Assembly (NCBI GenBank): GCA_010909165.1
Contig: MU008182.1
Coordinates: forward strand, 558,001 to 622,000
Origin: Anthoceros angustus
Taxonomy: Eukaryota > Plantae > Anthocerotophyta
Direction of reading: 5' to 3'
Length of the DNA stretch: 64,000 bases
A model generated the notes under the pieces. It was given only the letters and a program-made list of their open reading frames with translations, ran no database searches and was not told the DNA's origin. Of the stretch, positions 22,202 through 35,860 are shown one piece after another; within the stretch, counting starts at the first letter, position 1; each line of letters opens with the position of its first letter. The position numbers and the translations under genes were made by a program.

Positions 22202-25200
22202 CTACTTCGTCCGCAAGGTGTTCAGAACCCATATACAAGCCCTCACAACCATAGGGTAGAGAACAAGGCTGACTGCGACACTTGCTAAAGCACCTGCTAC
22301 ACCGATGGACGGGGCACTTGAGCTAGGCATAAGATATGAGGGCTCTTGTAACACCGATGACTGCAGAGTGACGGATCCGAACTTGCCACTCCTTCCTTTT
22401 AGCCTGTGAGGATTGCCACAACATCCATGCATCCACCAGGCAGCCAAATCACCAAGGTCTTGATTCAGGTTTCTGTGTTTGTCAACTCATCGTGCAGCAC
22501 ATTTACACATTTCACTTGCCCTCTGAACCTGCCCAATCTCCCCAAGTAGTTCACACACCGTTCTCAGGACATGAATCATACTGACTGCTACTGGTCAGAG
22601 TGGGGGAAGGAGGCTGCTTGAGCCGCTGCAAGATCAGACGTCATGCAGCACGCTGTCACAGGACAAAGACTCATTCAAGAGCTGAACAGCTGAAGCATAG
22701 CCGAAACAGAAGATGACTCCTTTCACAACATGACCATATTCTCAGCACAGGCCTCACGTCACTTTGCTATCCCACTGTAATCAGAACCCCAGAAAATCCC
22801 GAATCACAATTTTAGTTTCCACTGTACAAAGTCTTGTGACACCCTCAGGACAACATCAATCCCCCATCCCCGATCTATGTCCAAGACCTAAGTCAGTCAC
22901 ATGCCTTCTGAAATTAAGGACAGGTTTCTATGGTGCAGTTGGCTATTCAGTTCTGATACAGCCATCACGGTTCAGCACTCAACATCTCAAAGATCTGAAC
23001 GAAAATCGGCACTCCATATTCCTACTGGAGAGGTGTATATGCACTTACCCAGCAAAGTTCTTGACTGCTCCCCAAAGACCAGAATCACGTTTTTCATCAT
23101 CAACTCCTGCCAAACTTTCTGAGCGATCGGCTCCTGCAGTTGATGATGAAGACCTACCGCTAGCCTCTTGAGAACTTGCGCCTGTAGGACAGTTCATTCT
23201 GTGAGCATGGACACACCACAAAGAACTTTGCAAACAAGTTCAGAACAATGCATCATATGAACATCACAGCACAAAATACTTCTTGGGCACGGACTACATG
23301 TTCTCTCACTACTTGACATGTAATCTTCCTGTCAGATTGAGCCGGTGACAGATCACTGTATTCCGACAAATCTGTAAAGCATTCAAGCTTTATGTAATAG
23401 CTCTACACTTTTGCTATCTTAGACCTGGGTAGCTCAGGGAGATGCCAATACTCTTTCTGCTCTTTCTCCCTCGAGTAATCACATGCCCCTTCCAGCACTA
23501 GTGGTATTGCGGCTTTACTGCACACTCTTCTTACGCTGAGGCCTGCTGTTTGTGTTCATCCTTTGACCACCTCCCCGGAAACCCCTTGCCCTGTGTTGCA
23601 AGTTTGCCAAACTCTCCACAAGTGAACGCTCCGCTTCACTGAGGTTAAACAGCAAAGCCGATTAGTCTTCTTATGCCAGTCAAAGCCTTCTTGCACCATG
23701 CCCAGCAATAAGTTGAAGATAAAACAAGTGTGCACCTCAAGCGAGTCGGGATGGTAACCTTGACCGTGAAATAGTGGTCGCCCCTTACAGATGGCTTGTT
23801 CAATTTTGGCACCCCAAGCCTTCCGATCACAAGGACATCACCTGGTTGTGTGCCAGAAGGTATCTGGAGATCAGTGACGCCTTCGACAGTTTTGACCTAT
23901 GATTCAAAGATCAGTTGTCAGAGGAGGATTCTAACAGAATGTACGTATAAGTCCCAACAAAGCATGCCAACACCCATTCTCTTCCAACAGCGACTAATGA
24001 AGAGAATTGATGTAGGAAAAACCTGAATGACTGTCCCAAGAATAGCATCAGTGACACTAATTGTCACCGTGGAGTACAAGTCCATGCCATCCCTTTGGAT
24101 GCCAGGAGCTTCTTTTACATTCAGAAAGACATACAGATCCCCAGGGGCCCCCCTGCACACATGGTAGGCAACAGTGACAGACTGAAACACACACTTTCAG
24201 CACAATGCAGCACATCCACTACTATGGCATACGTAATAAGCTTTGGATTGCGCACCAAGAACTTACCCCCTTGGACCGGCATCTCCTTCACCTCGAACTC
24301 TGAGGGTGCTGCCACTGTTGACACCAGGAGGGATCTTCACTTTTATGCTTTTTTTCACCCGCAACCGCCCCTCTCCACTACATTTTCTGCAGTAGTCTGA
24401 GATGACTTCACCCTCACCTCCGCAGGTTGTACATGTAGAGACCTAAACCACACAAGAATTCACGATAACAGTATCTTATAGATAGCCCTGGTCAGACTTA
24501 CTGGCAAAAGAACAAGGCGAGGGTATGATCATGAGGCTCCAGATTCAGACTACATTACATCACAAAGGGAAATACATACTAGTAGGCAGTGCAAGTATGA
24601 CATGCGAGGAAGCACAGCTCTGAAACACACCTGCGAGAACCTGCCAAAGGGGGTCTCCTGTGTCCGCATCACCTGCCCCATCCCTCCACACGTTTGACAG
24701 GTCTTGCTACTCGTTCCCGCTTTGGCGCCACTCCCATCACATGTTCGGCAGGTCTCCAAATGAGAAGCTTCGATTTCCTTTTCAGCTCCAAAAATGGCAT
24801 CAGCAAACTCCAAAGAGATGTCAAACCTGCAGGTGCAGAAAACGGATGCATCAATCCTGAGATTCACCCAAGATATGAACAGCTGTCCAGCACAAGGTTG
24901 CCATCCCATCGTCCACTACCAACTGCACTAGCCTCTTCAATAAAAAAACTGACGTCATACCTTATGTCATCACCTTGCGCAGCAGCAGAGCGCTTGCGTG
25001 CTGTTCCAAAACCACCCATCCCCCCCATTCCTCCCATGCCACCCATGCCACCCATTCCTCCCATGTTGCCCCCAAAAAAGGATTCAAACAGATCGAAGGG
25101 ATTTGTCTGCATAACACGAGAACAAAATTACTGTTGTCAGAGACTCCAATCATGCTTCTTGGAACAGGCTGACGATCCAGCAAGCAGAGAGTTGGCAATC

Positions 25201-26308
25201 ATGGATTCCACGACTAATAAAGCCATCTTTCTAGCCAGCAACTTCTACAGTGGGCTTACAGCATATGCTCCTGCTGCTCCAGCTCCAGCTCCTGCTGCGC
25301 CAGCTTTAACTCCTGCCTCCCCAAATTGGTCATATAGAGGTCTTTTCTCGTCATCCGAAAGCACCTGCAGACGCACACATTTCATGCTTCAAACGATTGC
25401 AAATTCATATCTGAGCCAACTCAGGGAGCCTGCACCACATTGTGCCATACTTCGGACAGCAAAACGAAAAGGCAGCTAAATGGCTGCGAGTTCTAAACCG
25501 AAGGATACCTCATAGGCATTACTGATCTCCTTGAACTTTTCCTCCGCTCCAGGTTGTTTGTTTACATCTGGATGATACTGCATACAATCAACCATGTTTC
25601 TAAACACAGACCGTTGGGTAACAGGGCATGGAGGACCTGATGTGGAAGAAATGTTGTGCACATTGTGAAATGCTCAGGCAGGGACTGGCAGCCATGGCCT
25701 CACATCTTTCCGGGGAAATGAGGCTCGGATACCTGACGGGCCAATCGGCGGTAAGCCGATTTGATCTCTTGCTTGCTAGCACTCTTGGATACTCCGAGAG
25801 TGGAGTAGTAATCGACGGCCATACACACTTGCGGTCTGAATGAGGACCGAATTCCACGCGTTCCCGAACAAAATTGCACCTTGCTGCAAAAACTGGTCCA
25901 CAGGTAGCCATCGCCCAGCAAGAAGCTGGGGCCATCTCCACACAAAGCGCTCCATCTCTGACCAGCAATGTCCACCTCCCTGGATCTTCTCCTGCCCACA
26001 CCCACCTCACTCCCGGAATCCTTCCACGCAAAAAGCACATTCAGCTGCCTGCTCTGCCGCCTCCCTCGCACGCCAGCGCCAAACGCAGGCGCGTACTGGG
26101 GCGACACGGAAACGTGTCCTGAATCCCGACCACACAAAGCGAAGGCAGAGGCAGCGTGCTGGGAGGCTCCAGAAGCCAGCACAGAATTCACAGCACCAGC
26201 GTTGCCACCGGTCACTCTCCTCTGGCTGCCGCAGGTGCTGGAACAGGAAGTGGGCGTGCAGGCACACGTCGTCCAGGGCATTGCGGGTGCAAGAATTGTG
26301 GTGGCCAT
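22202..26308 (-). CDS. DnaJ: Plastid type-A DnaJ with C-terminal hydrophobic extension (DJA4-like); exons 26308-25733, 25577-25509, 25364-25260, 25106-24961, 24826-24631, 24442-24267, 24152-24023, 23896-23736, 23638-23535, 23181-23049, 22403-22202
   Basis: J-domain [27 protein letters not shown]|YHPDVNK, G/F-G/M region, four CxxCxGxG-type motifs and C-terminal beta domains. The joined CDS is 1998 nt and in frame. The last two exons and an intron-free exon 1 are less certain. Confidence 0.9.
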
Positions 26309-26602
26309 GGCCGTGCTCTGAGACCTCCCCTGCCTCCTTCCCTTCTCTTCCGCCCTCCTTCCCTCCTGGGATCTGCTCGCTCACACCAGAATCCAGTAGC
26401 CCATCACGTCGCCCGGGCCGGAAATGCAGAATTGGTGCATCGCAATCCACAAAGAGATCAACCTGAGTCCTGCGCAATCCTTGCCTCACGGCCCATATCT
26501 GGACGTAAAACCCGCCAAAATTGGTTTTGCAGACCTAGACAGATATATAGTGTGTGTAACCGGCGATGCCAGCGTCGTAGTTTTGTGGTATCTTTGTTGA
26601 TC
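26309..26602. promoter_or_regulatory. Putative bidirectional promoter between DnaJ (-) and COX16 (+)
   Basis: Divergent start codons only ~295 bp apart; GC-rich and CT-rich leader sequence. Confidence 0.5.
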
Positions 26603-27129
26603 ATGAATTGGACCAAATCATCCAGCTTCAGGAGGCGGGGCCGGCAAAGCCCCTTGTTGTTTGGAGTTCCGCTCGTCTCCTTCACCGTGTTAGGCTGGCT
26701 AGGGATCGGGTACATGGGGCAGGGAAGGTGGGTGGGTATCTTAGTGCCTGCTGTTGTTGCTGCTGGCTGTCAGGAGTTCCTCCAGGGCTCCATGGCTTGC
26801 CTGACCTGGGGTTGCTGCACAGGAAGCAGTTGAAGGACACCAGGGAAGACGTGGAGTGGGCGGTGATCAAGGCAACCAAATCTCTGTCCAGGGAGGGCCC
26901 CATTCCTGATGCCAAGCCTAGCAAGAAACTGGATCTGCAGCAAGAGTTGGAGGTGGTGGTGGCTCAGTTTATTTATGCCTTGTTCCCACTTGTTCCAAGT
27001 TCATGCTGAAGGGTGGTGGTGCTGAAGCATGGCTTGCGTTGCTCCTGGTGGCAGGCCTTGCGGAGTAAGGTGAATCTCGACATCGACTCCTTTGAGTACA
27101 AGCCCGTCCCCAGGCCCAGGAAGGAGTGA
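26603..27129 (+). CDS. COX16: Cytochrome c oxidase assembly protein COX16-like, 109 aa; exons 26603-26727, 26823-26952, 27055-27129
   Basis: SSSFRRRGRQSPLLFGVPLVSFTVLGWLG TM segment; EDVEWAVIKATKSLSREGP; LDIDSFEYKPVPRP; matches the plant COX16 pattern; splice phases consistent. Confidence 0.85.
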
Positions 27130-27906
27130 GTGGAGGATGCAAGATCTAGCTCTTTGGCGCTGTCCTCTTCAGTTCCTCAGACACCTGCCAGCATACCTAC
27201 AGGCAACAGAATCATCTCGCTCAAGCTGCTGGACCAAACCGTGGTGATGACAGCCATCGCGGATGCAAACTGCTGACGTAACCACAACTCCAAGCTTAGC
27301 AGTACCTGTTCTGTAGAAGCGTATGGCAGGCAGAGCTCTCTTTACCACGGGAGCAGTCTTCCTGCAGGCTAGCTCGTGGATCTAGAGGATAGAAAAATTA
27401 TGACCACTGGGACGATGAGCCCATCTGCTCGTCCTGATGAGAAACAGAAAGCAAACACCATGCCATGTACTGACAAGGCTGACAATTCCAGATGTATTAA
27501 ATCCACTGTCGTTCCGACTTGCCAGCCTGATGATGCTCTTCGAACTGCGCTGTAACCATGGCGCTAACCAGCGTACAATTCGAAAACCCACATGAAGCCT
27601 GTTTTCAGGAGCACACAATCCACGTTATGTGGCTGGGGCGTTCCCCAAATCGGTAGGTGGAAAGAGCTCGGGTTGCAGAGCAGGGCCCACGTTGGCTGAT
27701 GCAGCACAGAGGCAACTTGTCTGTGCCATGCCAGGCACGACGGCGCAACAGCAAACAGCGGTGCGCCTGCTCGCAACTTACTTGAGATTGCGAGAACGAG
27801 AATTGCGATAAGGACCTGACGTGAGCGATCCGGGAGCATCCTGCTCCCATTTCACACATCTGGGTTGCGGTGCTTTGCGGTGCGTTCCCCTGCTACCGCA
27901 GCTACG

Positions 27907-30900
27907 ATGGCAATGCCGCTGGCTGCATTACGCCGCCTCAGCCGAGCTGCGGTGTATCGGGCTCTGGAGCAGCGGCCTCTGGCCTGCTCCGCCACTCGCT
28001 ACGCCACGGTATGGTGTCTGCGGTCTCAGGCTCTGCGTGTCTGTCTGTGGTGATGGGCGATGCCCAAATTTGTTGCTTTGGACCCAATTGTGAGACACTG
28101 TTCTGACTCTGTCGTCTTCTTGTCCAGTCTGCGGTGGCTAACGAGGAAGACTACGCACGGTTCGAGAACATCAAAGAAAGGTCGCACGTGACTGTGCGTG
28201 CCTCTCACGCCTCTTGTTGCTTGTCTTGGGGCCACTTCATTGCGGTTGCTGTGCAGATGTTTTAAACCAGTTTTTTCCCGCAGTGGCCGAAGCAGCTCAA
28301 TGCTCCTTTGGAAGACGTGGATCCGGAGATTGCGGACATTATAGAATTGGAGAAGAATCGGCAATGGAAGGTTTGATATGAATTGCAGCTTCATTTCGCA
28401 ACTTCTGGCGGAAATGGATACAATTGGTTCAGCATTTCATCCTGTTTGGTTTTTCACTGTTGGGAATGTGTATCAGGGACTGGAGCTCATTCCGTCGGAA
28501 AATTTCACCTCCTCCTCAGTTATGCAGGCCGTAGGGTCGGTTATGACAAACAAATACAGTGAAGGATATCCTGGTGCCCGGTATTATGGAGGCAATGAGT
28601 AAGTTCCTCATCTTGTCTGTGCTCTAAAGGATGCAGGCGTCTCTCTGATCAAGTTACTCGTGACTTACCATGCGCTCTGGTTGCTTGTCTCTGCAGGTTC
28701 ATTGATATGGCAGAGAGCCTCTGCCAGAAGCGGGCACTGGAGGCTTTCAGGCTCGACCCAGCCAAATGGGGAGGTTAGATGTTTAACTATTGCCACCTCT
28801 TGCAAATCTCGAGTCTGGTGGCTGTGTATACGCTTGCGGCCAGGTCAAGCCATGTCGAGAGACTACACTGATGGACTCTGGAAATTTGTTTACTATGCAG
28901 TCAATGTGCAGCCTTTGTCAGGGTCTCCTTCAAATTTTCAAGTGTACACAGCCTTGCTGAAGCCACATGAGCGGATCATGGCTCTCGATTTACCACATGG
29001 AGGCCATTTATCTCATGGGTACCAGGTTTGTCTCTCTTACAATCTTTGTGCTATCTTCCCAGCAGTGTTAGAAACCCATTCACCTGCTCTGGGGCTTAAA
29101 CTGTTGGCTCACTTGGGGACCAGTCACCATTAGCTCCCATAAGTTTGTTTCTATTCTAAGCTGGGTAATCGTCCCCTCTGTGTCAACAGACGGATACCAA
29201 GAAGATATCAGCAGTCTCCATTTTCTTTGAGACTATGCCTTACAGATTGAATGAGGAGACTGGCGTCATTGATTATGATCAGGTACGCTCATGTTGGTTT
29301 CTGAACCACTGTTGTCACTCAGTTTCCTTTGCAAACTGACGTCAAGTTGAACTAAAAACTGCTCTTGGATGTCCCGTAGCTGGAGAAATCTGCAGCACTT
29401 TTCAGACCCAAACTTATTGTGGCTGGAGCCAGTGCATATTCTCGACACTATGATTATGCACGGATGCGCAAGGTAGAGATGGTGTTTGAAGCATTTTGAG
29501 AGCAGAATATTTGTCTTCACGTACCTGTTCTTACGTGGTTTCATAATAAGGCAGGTGGCTGACAAGCACAAGGCTATCCTACTAGCAGACATGGCTCACA
29601 TCAGTGGACTAGTGGCGGCTGGTGTCGTCCCGTCACCATTTGAATTTGCCGACATTGTGACAACCACCACTCACAAATCCCTTCGTGGCCCTAGGGGTGC
29701 TATGATATTCTTCCGCAAGGGTGTGAAGGAAGTGAACAAGCAAGGCCAAGAGGTCTGTTTTAATGTGCCACAATTGTCTTCCTATCTCTCTGATTTATGT
29801 GGCAACTTGTTGCAAATGCTCCGTCCCCTCTAAGAGTCAAGTCACTAATGTAGTGCATTCACCAGGTGCCGTATGATTTTGAAGACAAGATCAATGCTGC
29901 AGTGTTCCCTGGACTTCAGGGTGGCCCCCATAACCATACAATCGCTGGGCTTGCTGTTGCTTTGAAACAGGTCAGCCTGTGCTCACTAAAGGTTATAGAA
30001 ATATTCATTGATAATGCCTGTGTCGCTCATCAGTACGTTTGTCTTGGTGTTGGTGTTTGGCAGGCTGCTACACCAGAATTCAAAGCATACCAGGAGCAAG
30101 TCCTCAACAACTCTGCCCAATTTGCTAAAGTATTGTGCAAACGCAACTTTTGTCGCAGTGAGATGACAAGGGCTTGTTTGGACTGAGAAGATGCTTTTTT
30201 CTCTGGTAAATGTGTGCAGACTTTACAGGCAAAGGGGTATGAGCTCGTTTCAGGTGGCACGGACAACCACCTGGTCCTTGTGAATTTGAAAAACAGGGTA
30301 CTTTCTTGACTCCCAGACTTCATGCATCAAGGACTGGTTGTATGCATCTGCGCAGCACGCTGATGGTGCTTTGGTCTGCGGTTTTCCACTTGTGTCCAGG
30401 GTATAGATGGATCCAGAGTAGAGCGAGTACTGGAACTGGCCCACATTGCAGCAAATAAGAACACAGTTCCTGGAGATGTGTCTGCGATGGTTCCGGGAGG
30501 TATTCGTATGGGTGAGTTTCCGGACAGGTGTCATAGAAATGATAGTATGGCTTTCTGTAGGTGGGGGGCCGACTGATACAGTACTTCCTACCTGAGGGCA
30601 TTTTTAGAACAAGGAGCCTGATCTTTTGTGGAATTTTTGTGGCCCAGGAACCCCTGCCTTGACATCAAGAGGCTTCACTGAGGAGGATTTCGAGAAAGTT
30701 GCCGAATATTTTGACCGTGCCGTGCAGATCGCTGTGAAAGCGAAGTCTGTTTCAGGTGTGGAACTTAAGAGCTTCTTAACTGCGGGTCTTGTTGACTCTG
30801 GAAGTAGCTGATTCGGTATTCACATTCCCAACTTGAACGCAGGCCCGAAGCTGAAAGATTTCAAGACCGCTGTGGAGACGAATGCTGACGTTAAACAAGA

Positions 30901-30991
30901 AATAGCATCTTTGAAGCATGAGGTTGAAGACTTTGCCAAGCAGTTCCCCACGATTGGATTTGAAAAATCATCTCTGAAGTACAAGAACTGA
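27907..30991 (+). CDS. SHMT: Mitochondrial serine hydroxymethyltransferase (SHM1/2-like), 15 exons from 27907-28008 to 30843-30991
   Basis: Presequence [12 protein letters not shown]; [10 protein letters not shown]; [17 protein letters not shown]; [11 protein letters not shown]; [10 protein letters not shown]; PLP-lysine motif [13 protein letters not shown]; [12 protein letters not shown]; GGTDNH. Confidence 0.97.
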
Positions 30992-31862
30992 AGGTGTGTC
31001 CTCGCAGTTTATTCGTCTTCAGCACGCAGTGCAGTTGCCTAAAGACGGTTGTGCTTTCAGCATTAGTGTACCTGACTCTCTTTGTTTTGTTTCATCAGTT
31101 GTGCCTAAGCAAAATGTACATGCTGCTTACAGTGGGCAAGCGTAGCCTGCTCCCTCTCAGAGTTTGTGAAAAGACCGTAGGAAAGATCTAGTTTGCCCAC
31201 TAGAAGCTATACCATCAACCTCTAGGAACGGGGACAAGCCTGGAAGCTTGGAGGGTCTCTTTCTTACTGTCACTGTACATTTATTTGAAATCACTGGAAT
31301 GAAGTACTTCACTCTGCCGCTTTTGCTTTCTTCCTAGTAAAAAATTGGATCAGCAAAATTCATTATTCACAATATTTTGCTTCTCGACGTTTTTTGTTAG
31401 CAGTATTTATGGTGTGAAAGGAGGAAACGCCTGGGGTTTACCACTTGGCTCAAAGACCCAAGTAGTCCAGTTGATGAACTCCGGACACAAGTTCATACCA
31501 TGAACCTCGGGACTCTGCACCTGTTACGTGTAGCAGAACACACCAGGCATAAGCAGGCTTCAAATCCCAATGTTTGTGCAGAGGCCACGAGGGAACTTTG
31601 GCTCATCGCCACAAAAAATGTCCCTTCGCTGGGGAAAGAATGATGAAAGTGTCTCGAGGAGCTACAAGATGGCTCATCTCTCAGCTTCAGCTTAAACAGG
31701 CTGAGGACGACAAAAACAATGTGACAAACTACCCGGTAAGTACCTCAGCAAGGAAGGTCTCAAAATTGCGGAACATGTAGCTACACGGCGACACATTCAG
31801 TTCGTCATGCACCAACTGTCCTTTGAGGTTCAGCATTTTGAAAAACAAGCATGGGGAGTTGC

Positions 31863-32813
31863 CTACAAACCCACCTCGTTCTTGCTCATGTATCTCCTCT
31901 CATAAAGGCCAGTGACCTGATCAGCCACAGCCCACATTATGGCCTGTCCAGGTGGGATTCGCATGAGTCTGGGGAGCAGACCTTTCCACAGAGCCCGCAG
32001 CCCTTCCTCCTTGTAGATGTGCCCTATTGCATGAAACATGCCAGTGTACCTCACATCCCCGTGGTCTGCAAACCTGTGCTGTGCCATGAGCCGGGTCTTG
32101 ACAACATCGAAGGGGCCCGTGCACACCGGCCCGGCCACACCAGCCGTGAACCCCGAAATCATGGACTGCCAAGGCTGCAAAACCTGGCCATCCCCGTCAT
32201 TCTTATTCCAGAACAACCCATCGAACTTGTTCTTGGCGTAGAACATGACAGCCTGGTTGCACCCATTTCGCATAACCGTGGGGGATGCTCCAGCCCACAG
32301 CCCTGTGATCCCCTCCTGCTTCACGATGGTGGCAGCACAGTGCACGGGACCTCTGTACCTGAGCAGCTCGGGAGACAGCCCCCGCTGCTGCTGCAGCCTG
32401 ATCTTCACCACCTCGAAGGGCGTCACGATCACCAGAGCCTCCAGCACTCCAGCTCCGAATCCAGCTGCCACCCTGCTCCCCTCGCTCAGCCTGCCACTGC
32501 TGTCCGCCAGCGCTCTCTGCAGCACCGCGTTTGTGCCCATCCGCAAGGTGTACTTCAAGGTCAGGTGGGTGGCAAAGGGAGTGAGCCCCTTCCACAGCGC
32601 CCGCACGCCCTCCTCCCTCACAATTTTCAACCCGCAGTCCAGAATTCCCTTGTACTGCTTCGCCCGATCCAGCTGAAGCCGCGTCTTGATCACATCGATG
32701 GGCTGCAAGCACACTGCCTCCACCAGGCCGCCCAGAGACCCCGAGATGGCCTTGATGTGGGGCGGAATTGAGCTCTCCTTCCGCCGGCCAGCAGGGGGGC
32801 CATCCGAGCCCAT
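31863..32813 (-). CDS. SFC1: Mitochondrial succinate/fumarate carrier, intronless (start MGSDGPP at 32813)
   Basis: Three carrier signatures (PIDVIKTRLQ, PFEVVKIRLQ, PFDVVKTRLM); KGLTPFATHLTLKYTLRMG; RLMRIPPGQAIMWAVADQV. Confidence 0.93.
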   Translation of the reverse strand: MGSDGPPAGRRKESSIPPHIKAISGSLGGLVEAVCLQPIDVIKTRLQLDRAKQYKGILDCGLKIVREEGVRALWKGLTPFATHLTLKYTLRMGTNAVLQRALADSSGRLSEGSRVAAGFGAGVLEALVIVTPFEVVKIRLQQQRGLSPELLRYRGPVHCAATIVKQEGITGLWAGASPTVMRNGCNQAVMFYAKNKFDGLFWNKNDGDGQVLQPWQSMISGFTAGVAGPVCTGPFDVVKTRLMAQHRFADHGDVRYTGMFHAIGHIYKEEGLRALWKGLLPRLMRIPPGQAIMWAVADQVTGLYERRYMSKNEVGL

Positions 32814-35039
32814 CTCACCAGCCCTGGTCACGTGACTGAGCCCGGATGCGGGAAGGGGAATGGGCCTCCAGGCTCCCCAGATCCGCTGCCTGCCGGAGCC
32901 CGGAAGCTTCCCCTTCGTTCCACCCAAAATTCTGAGGGGGTCCCGGTGAATCTTTAACGCAACAATTGCGACTACGGGCCGAATTTATTGCCGCCCCCTG
33001 ATGCGTATCCGCAGAATGCATCATCTACAGGAGCTGTCGCGTTTCAGCCTCACGCCCCGACTCGACAGCGTGCTCCATATGATACAGTCACTGTATTCGT
33101 GGGGCCACAACGTCCCTGTTCAACCTCACCTCGTGATGAGAGACTGCCATATGTGTCCTTCGCGCTTCTGTACAGGACTCTTCCATGATGGCAGTGAAAT
33201 GCCTTGCCTAATGCGGATGCAATTGGGGCTTGGGCAAAAGAAAGCATACAAACAATCGCGATAAGAAAAGAAACCACAAAAACCGACGCATATTTTGGAT
33301 AATTATGATGTACAACAAGAGAATCTAACTACAGGTGGCATAGGTCTACCGTATGCATTTTGTCCCCAGACGAAGACGCCCGGTATTGAAAGCCCTAAGA
33401 AAGCAGGTGTAGAATTCATAATCTCTTGAAACGCTTTAGATCGGCTCGCTGTTGGTGGATGCCTTCAACAATGGTTATGATACAGCTTTGTAATTGGAGT
33501 CTCAAAGCCCAGAGCGGTGAAGACTAGAATTGGCTCAAGGTATACACGCAGCCACTTGAGACCACCGTCATACATATGATATATGAATCACTGTGTCACA
33601 GGCCATGGCCATGGTAATCTTGTCAGAACTGCGGTATGTTTGCTGGAAGGAGCATTAGAACATACTTCCATTGCTTGTTGCCATGTAGTTCTGTGTCCTG
33701 TTCTTCACCCCCTGGAGAAACTACTTCAGTCAATGCTGCAGCCATTCCAAGAACTCTTGTTTTAAACAGTAGTGGTGGAAGAAGCTACACAAAGCACGCG
33801 CACCTCCTGATATCATGTCTTTTAGGCGATTCGATCACAAAAATATCCATCATCCGATTCGACGGTTGATCCCTTTCGCCACCTACAACATTAACAACAC
33901 ATAGAAAGATCCAGGTCACATCCGGCATGCCGGCAATGTGCTGGGAAGTTCGGAACCAGTGTCTACCGCAAAATGTTTCTACGTTGAAGAGTGCTACGTA
34001 AAGCTAGAAATTAATTCAACTGCTCTGCTGCGACGAGACATTCGACTTCACAACTCTTCGCATAAACCACGATGAGCCAATCACTCTACTGGTAGCCACA
34101 AGTAATGAAATCTCCGCAGCAACAGCCTTGAGCTGCAAATTCAGAGATGCATATACTTGCCTTCCCATCCGTACATAGCATGGAGGCCCTTCTTATCCAT
34201 CCACAGCAGTCCTTCTTCTAGCGAGCTCAGTTCCACATCTGACAGTGGAGTCGGACCGGATTGCTGTTCCTTGGCTCCCGGACCACGCTTCACGAATGCA
34301 GACAATGTGATCCGCATCTTGCTCCCAACGTGCGAAGCCCCGGTTTCAAATTTTCCAAACCATATTCCCACACTACCACGCACCTGTTTCCAAACTCCCT
34401 CGCTCGCAGAAATATTCATATTTCATATCACGTTTCCTTGTGCAGCACTGCAGATATACTTGGAAGATAGTCCCCGAACTTGCCGATCCATACAAGAGGC
34501 TGCTCCTCACAGCCTGCAAGGGCCTGGTCTCAAAATCTTCCTTCCACAGCAGCGCGACATTGAACGAGGATGGCCGCGGGCGCCACAAGAACTTTCCGAA
34601 TACGTTTCGAAATTCGGATAATAGACTACTGAATTACAATTCAGCGCTAGGCTATAAAAGTTACATACGCCCTTTGCCTCGACTGACGAGAAGCAGCGAA
34701 GCCTCAAGCAAAACAGGCGGAGAGGCAAACCTCATTCTAGTCACTCTCACGGACCTAAGCTAGAGTTGCTTTACTTCTAGAAACCTTGTGTGGATGGCAA
34801 AACTTTTTCGATGCAAGTCGTTGTCAACGCAGAGTTCCTCTTTTTTTTACATAGATTCACTCCCTTACTCTAAAGCATTTGGCGCTCATGTCAGCTTTCT
34901 TTGAGAATCCTCCCAAGAGAACCAAAACAATTTAAACCTTCCAGCCATATTTGGAAAACCAAATTAGGAGAACAAGTTAAACATATATTGAGCTAGCGCC
35001 TTGCCATTTACAACCCCACATAGACTCCATAAATCCTTA

Positions 35040-35504
35040 CTACCTATAAGAGTTGGCAATGTTTCTCCAGTATCTCCAATGATCATTGGGATACGCTGGA
35101 GCAAGAGTACTAGCACTACTAGTAGCTGGCAATGATTGGTGTTGTTGCATTGAGGCAGCAACTTTATGAGTACCAAAAACTGGCCATAGCTCAGCACTAT
35201 AGCCTAACTTTCCCTCTTGGACTAATAGACCTTCTTCCATCAACCTTAGTATACTATCATACATCATATCGTTTGAATGCTCACTATCTTTTTCTTCCTC
35301 GTGTTTCTCAGTTGCTGAACTAACCATTAACTTTTCCACGCAACTAGATAATTTCCTAGCAGTTGAGTAAGCCATTACCTTTGCCATGGCAAATAATTTA
35401 CTCCAGCCTTGGTGCTCCAACGCTACAGCATTTGATATTTCTTCTATCGAATATGAGTCTCCAGTATATGAGTCTCCAGTATCATCCATCTTTTTTCTTT
35501 CCAA
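35040..35504 (-). other. Unidentified ~150-codon ORF/exon within duplication copy 1
   Basis: Open frame LEHQGWSKLFAMAKVMAYS..MMYDSILRLMEEGLLVQ; polypyrimidine acceptor ttcttcAG before 35504 and donor AG|GTAG after 35044. Confidence 0.35.
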
Positions 35505-35860
35505 CTGAAGAACAAAAGGAAGTGAAATAAATATATGGCTTTGTGAAATACTGGTCTATAATAGATAACCCTGTGTAGAAAGAAATCAGGAGGTTATTCC
35601 AAGAAATCTCCAATTAGAAGGTCACAATTGAAGGGTCACTCATTGAGCCATCACTAAAATTAATTTTGAAGAATTATTTTTTCTATTTGGTTCTTCTATT
35701 CTATTATGGATAATCTTATTATGGATAATAAGATTGACTCTTCACTAAAGTGAAACGATTGATTTTCTTCATGGAGTACAATAGCTAGTCCTTGTTTTAT
35801 AGAGGCTCCACGTCTCCTTTTTCTATTCTTAGTATGAACGGGTACAAAGAACTTGATTGT

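Noticed and set aside
25500-25508. DnaJ intron 2 donor GTATCCTTC resembles a U12 5' splice site
   Set aside because: No TCCTTAAC-type branch point near the 3' end; probably a U2 intron.
33300-34570. Short ORFs in the region downstream of the duplication
   Set aside because: No recognisable domain; probably decayed sequence.
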